From IMG/VR virus record IMGVR_UViG_3300032156_000009, positions 1 through 60,386 of that record: a stretch of DNA of 60,386 nt; one strand, given 5' to 3'. Below, one piece after another: positions 58,148 through 60,386 of the stretch (position 1 is its first letter; the number at the start of each line of letters is the position of its first letter). The DNA is from a virus (Duplodnaviria > Caudoviricetes). Position numbers and translations under genes: made by a program. The notes under the pieces were generated by a model, which saw nothing but the letters and a program-made list of their open reading frames with translations, had not been told where the DNA came from and did not search any database.

Positions 58148-58396
58148 TCATTTCTTATACTTCTCCGATTTTTCAAAAAATGGGTAAATATCCCATGATT
58201 TATAGGGAATTATTTCTAAAGAATCAGGTGCCGCATCTATATTTCGTTGCTTCCGCCTCTTTCGTAGCTGCCGGCATTTGTTTGAATCGGTTATAGCCGT
58301 CTTCAAACCATAAAATTCTTTACCGCACTCTTGGCACGTATGTTTTACTATTTTTCGCATATGCGATAATGTAGACGCTGCTAGATTTTTACTCAT
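58148..58396 (-). CDS. Zinc-finger-like basic protein
   Basis: CQECGKEF...SNKCRQ. Confidence 0.55.
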   Translation of the reverse strand: MSKNLAASTLSHMRKIVKHTCQECGKEFYGLKTAITDSNKCRQLRKRRKQRNIDAAPDSLEIIPYKSWDIYPFFEKSEKYKK

Positions 58397-58402
58397 TTCG
58401 CC

Positions 58403-58431
58403 ACATTAACACATAATCGTATACGTGTCAA
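58403..58431 (-). promoter_or_regulatory. Putative promoter of the rtcB-tRNA operon
   Basis: TTGACA-N17-TAATGT, divergent from terL. Confidence 0.45.
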
Positions 58432-58439
58432 TATAAATC

Positions 58440-59915
58440 ATGCTATCACAATATTTCGACCACCCAGACTTTGAATCAGAAATAGAACGCAATCTCTGCG
58501 AGAAAAGTTTTATTGAGTTTGTGAAACGCGCGTGGGAGATAGTTGACCCTGATGTGTTTATGCCGGCATGGCATATTGAATGTCTCTGTGTTCATGCAGA
58601 AGCTTTTAGAAGGCATGATTTTCCTATTGCGGACATAAATATTTCGCCAGGTCACGCGAAAAGTCTAATTTTCTCCGTGATGTTCCCTGCGTGGGTATGG
58701 ACGACAGAGCCAGGTATAAGATTTTTGACTGGCTCTCACAATAAAGACTTGGCCATTCGAGATACTTTAAAATCTCGTCGTCTAATAGAAAGCGAATGGT
58801 ATCAAAAACATTGGGGGCATCTCTTTCAGCTTACAACCGATCAAAATACAAAAGGGAATTATGAGAATAATAAGTTTGGTTCTCGTGTAGCATTCTCAAC
58901 AACCGGCGGAACTACTGGTTTACGTGGTGACTTTATCATCTTAGATGACGCGCTCAGCGCCGAACAAGCGGCGTCAGACGTGGAGAGAGAGGGGGTTAAT
59001 ATATTCCTCCGCGAAACTCTTTTTAATCGTCAGAACATCGTCAAAGAAACTGGCATTATTGGTATTGGGCAACGCTTTCATCCTCACGATTATCATGAGA
59101 TTTTGTTATCACTCCCTGGCTGTTTTCACCTCGTTTTGCCAGAGGAATATGTGCCGGAAAAAGCATCTACTAGCCCGTACTATAAAGATCCTCGAACACA
59201 AAGAGGTGAGCCACTTTGGAACATAAAAAAGTTTAGTCCTGATGGTATAAAATTATTAAAGATAACGTTGGGGGCGTCGGGGTACGAAGCTCAGTATCAA
59301 CAAAATCCATTGATACAAGAGGGCTCAATACTCAAACGCGGGTGGTGGAATTACTACAAACCTTCCTCTATCATAAACGAGCCAGGGAAGATAATTTTGT
59401 CATGGGATTGCGCCGCGAAAGACAAAGAAAAAAATGACTACACAGTTTGTCTCGTAGCAAAAAAGATCGGGAATAAATTTTATTTAATGCACTTGTATCG
59501 GAAAAAGGTAGAATTCCCACAACTCAAAAGAGATTTTACAGCGACGGCAGATACTTACAAACCGCATGTAATCTACATTGAGGATGCATCTAATGGCGCA
59601 CCATTAATACAAGAGATGAAACTAACTGCGTATAAAAATATGATCAACCCCCCTAGGATTGAAAACAGAGTGAAGATTGATCCAGGGAAAACGGGCGGTA
59701 AAGACAAAGTTGCGAGGGTTAACCCCGTTACCCCAGTAATTGAAGCAGGATGGGTTTTCATCCCAGAAGATGCCGAGTGGAAAGGAACGTTTGTAGACGA
59801 ATGCTCTGCTTTCCCGCTCGGCGAACATGACGACTGCGTTGATGCTTTAAGCTTGCTTTTAAATAACGAGCGAGTAAATATAGTCCCTGAAATTGCATTC
59901 GTTAACATTCGATAA
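58440..59915 (+). CDS. Terminase large subunit
   Basis: NISPGHAKS, TGLRGDFIILDD, YQQNP, SWDCA, IEDASNG, FPLGEHDDCVDA. Confidence 0.95.
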   Translation: MLSQYFDHPDFESEIERNLCEKSFIEFVKRAWEIVDPDVFMPAWHIECLCVHAEAFRRHDFPIADINISPGHAKSLIFSVMFPAWVWTTEPGIRFLTGSHNKDLAIRDTLKSRRLIESEWYQKHWGHLFQLTTDQNTKGNYENNKFGSRVAFSTTGGTTGLRGDFIILDDALSAEQAASDVEREGVNIFLRETLFNRQNIVKETGIIGIGQRFHPHDYHEILLSLPGCFHLVLPEEYVPEKASTSPYYKDPRTQRGEPLWNIKKFSPDGIKLLKITLGASGYEAQYQQNPLIQEGSILKRGWWNYYKPSSIINEPGKIILSWDCAAKDKEKNDYTVCLVAKKIGNKFYLMHLYRKKVEFPQLKRDFTATADTYKPHVIYIEDASNGAPLIQEMKLTAYKNMINPPRIENRVKIDPGKTGGKDKVARVNPVTPVIEAGWVFIPEDAEWKGTFVDECSAFPLGEHDDCVDALSLLLNNERVNIVPEIAFVNIR

Positions 59916-59923
59916 AAAAATCT

Positions 59924-60386
59924 ATGAAAAACCCTCTTCACTTTCTCGGATCAAAACTCTTTTCAAAAACAGTTCAAAAGAAAAATATGTCACCCATTGA
60001 TACAGCTTGGGATTTTGGGAATCTATACGACTATTTTACTCACTCTCAAAACTTTCTTATCACTAAAATTTTGGCCGTTAGTTACTATACAAAATGCTCT
60101 CCAATATACAACGCCATTGACTTGATCGCGGCTAACGTAGCGAATTTAATACCTAAAGTTTGGGACAAGAAAAATGAAATTTGGGTGGAAGATCATCCGG
60201 TGCTTGACTTGCTTAAGATGCCAAACGCGGATATAACTTTTTACGAACTCATCTACTCGATGACTTCGTTTTTCATGATTACCGGTGATACATACCTTGT
60301 CGCGTCAGGTCGGCCAATGACGCCTCCGAAAGAGTTATTTGTATACCCTTCAACGGCGGTTACTGTATTGCCTGGGACAGATGGCT
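59924..60386 (+). CDS. Portal protein, N-terminal part (continues across the junction into 8..1165)
   Basis: ATG at 59924 just after terL; open frame MKNPLHF...IYNAIDLIAANVA...EDHPVLDLLKMPN; in frame with ATG 60260 (= position 8); joined protein about 497 aa. Confidence 0.9.
   Translation, partial: MKNPLHFLGSKLFSKTVQKKNMSPIDTAWDFGNLYDYFTHSQNFLITKILAVSYYTKCSPIYNAIDLIAANVANLIPKVWDKKNEIWVEDHPVLDLLKMPNADITFYELIYSMTSFFMITGDTYLVASGRPMTPPKELFVYPSTAVTVLPGTDG
60253..60386. repeat. Terminal direct repeat, right copy
   Basis: Matches 1-134 with one mismatch. Confidence 0.95.

Overview
The window is an apparently complete, circularly permuted ~60.25 kb tailed-phage genome: positions 60253-60386 repeat 1-134 and the portal gene runs across the junction. 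It has an HK97-type head (portal, Mu-F-like protein, prohead protease, major capsid protein), a Mu-like contractile tail and baseplate, a 1256-aa repeat fibre/spike and a Gram-negative lysis cassette (M15 endolysin, holin, overlapping spanins). There is a lambda-O-like replication initiator with internal iterons; I saw no integrase. The accessory, mostly minus-strand blocks are unusually RNA-centred. The main candidate system is a Ro60/TROVE gene preceded by its own promoter and a tandem array of four Y-RNA-like units. Two units contain circularly permuted tRNA domains and two display anticodon-like 7-nt loops. The same genome has an intein-split RtcB directly followed by tRNA-Asp and tRNA-Asn, an Rnl2-like RNA ligase, a metallophosphoesterase broken by one amber codon, and two more non-canonical tRNA-like RNAs. 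It also encodes CsrA behind a GGA-rich structured leader, an RNA polymerase alpha-CTD-like protein, ferritin and an SPFH protein. Together these suggest a tRNA decoy, repair and replacement system plus translational takeover. Protein calls come from motifs recognised by eye and RNA folds were paired by hand; no searches were run.
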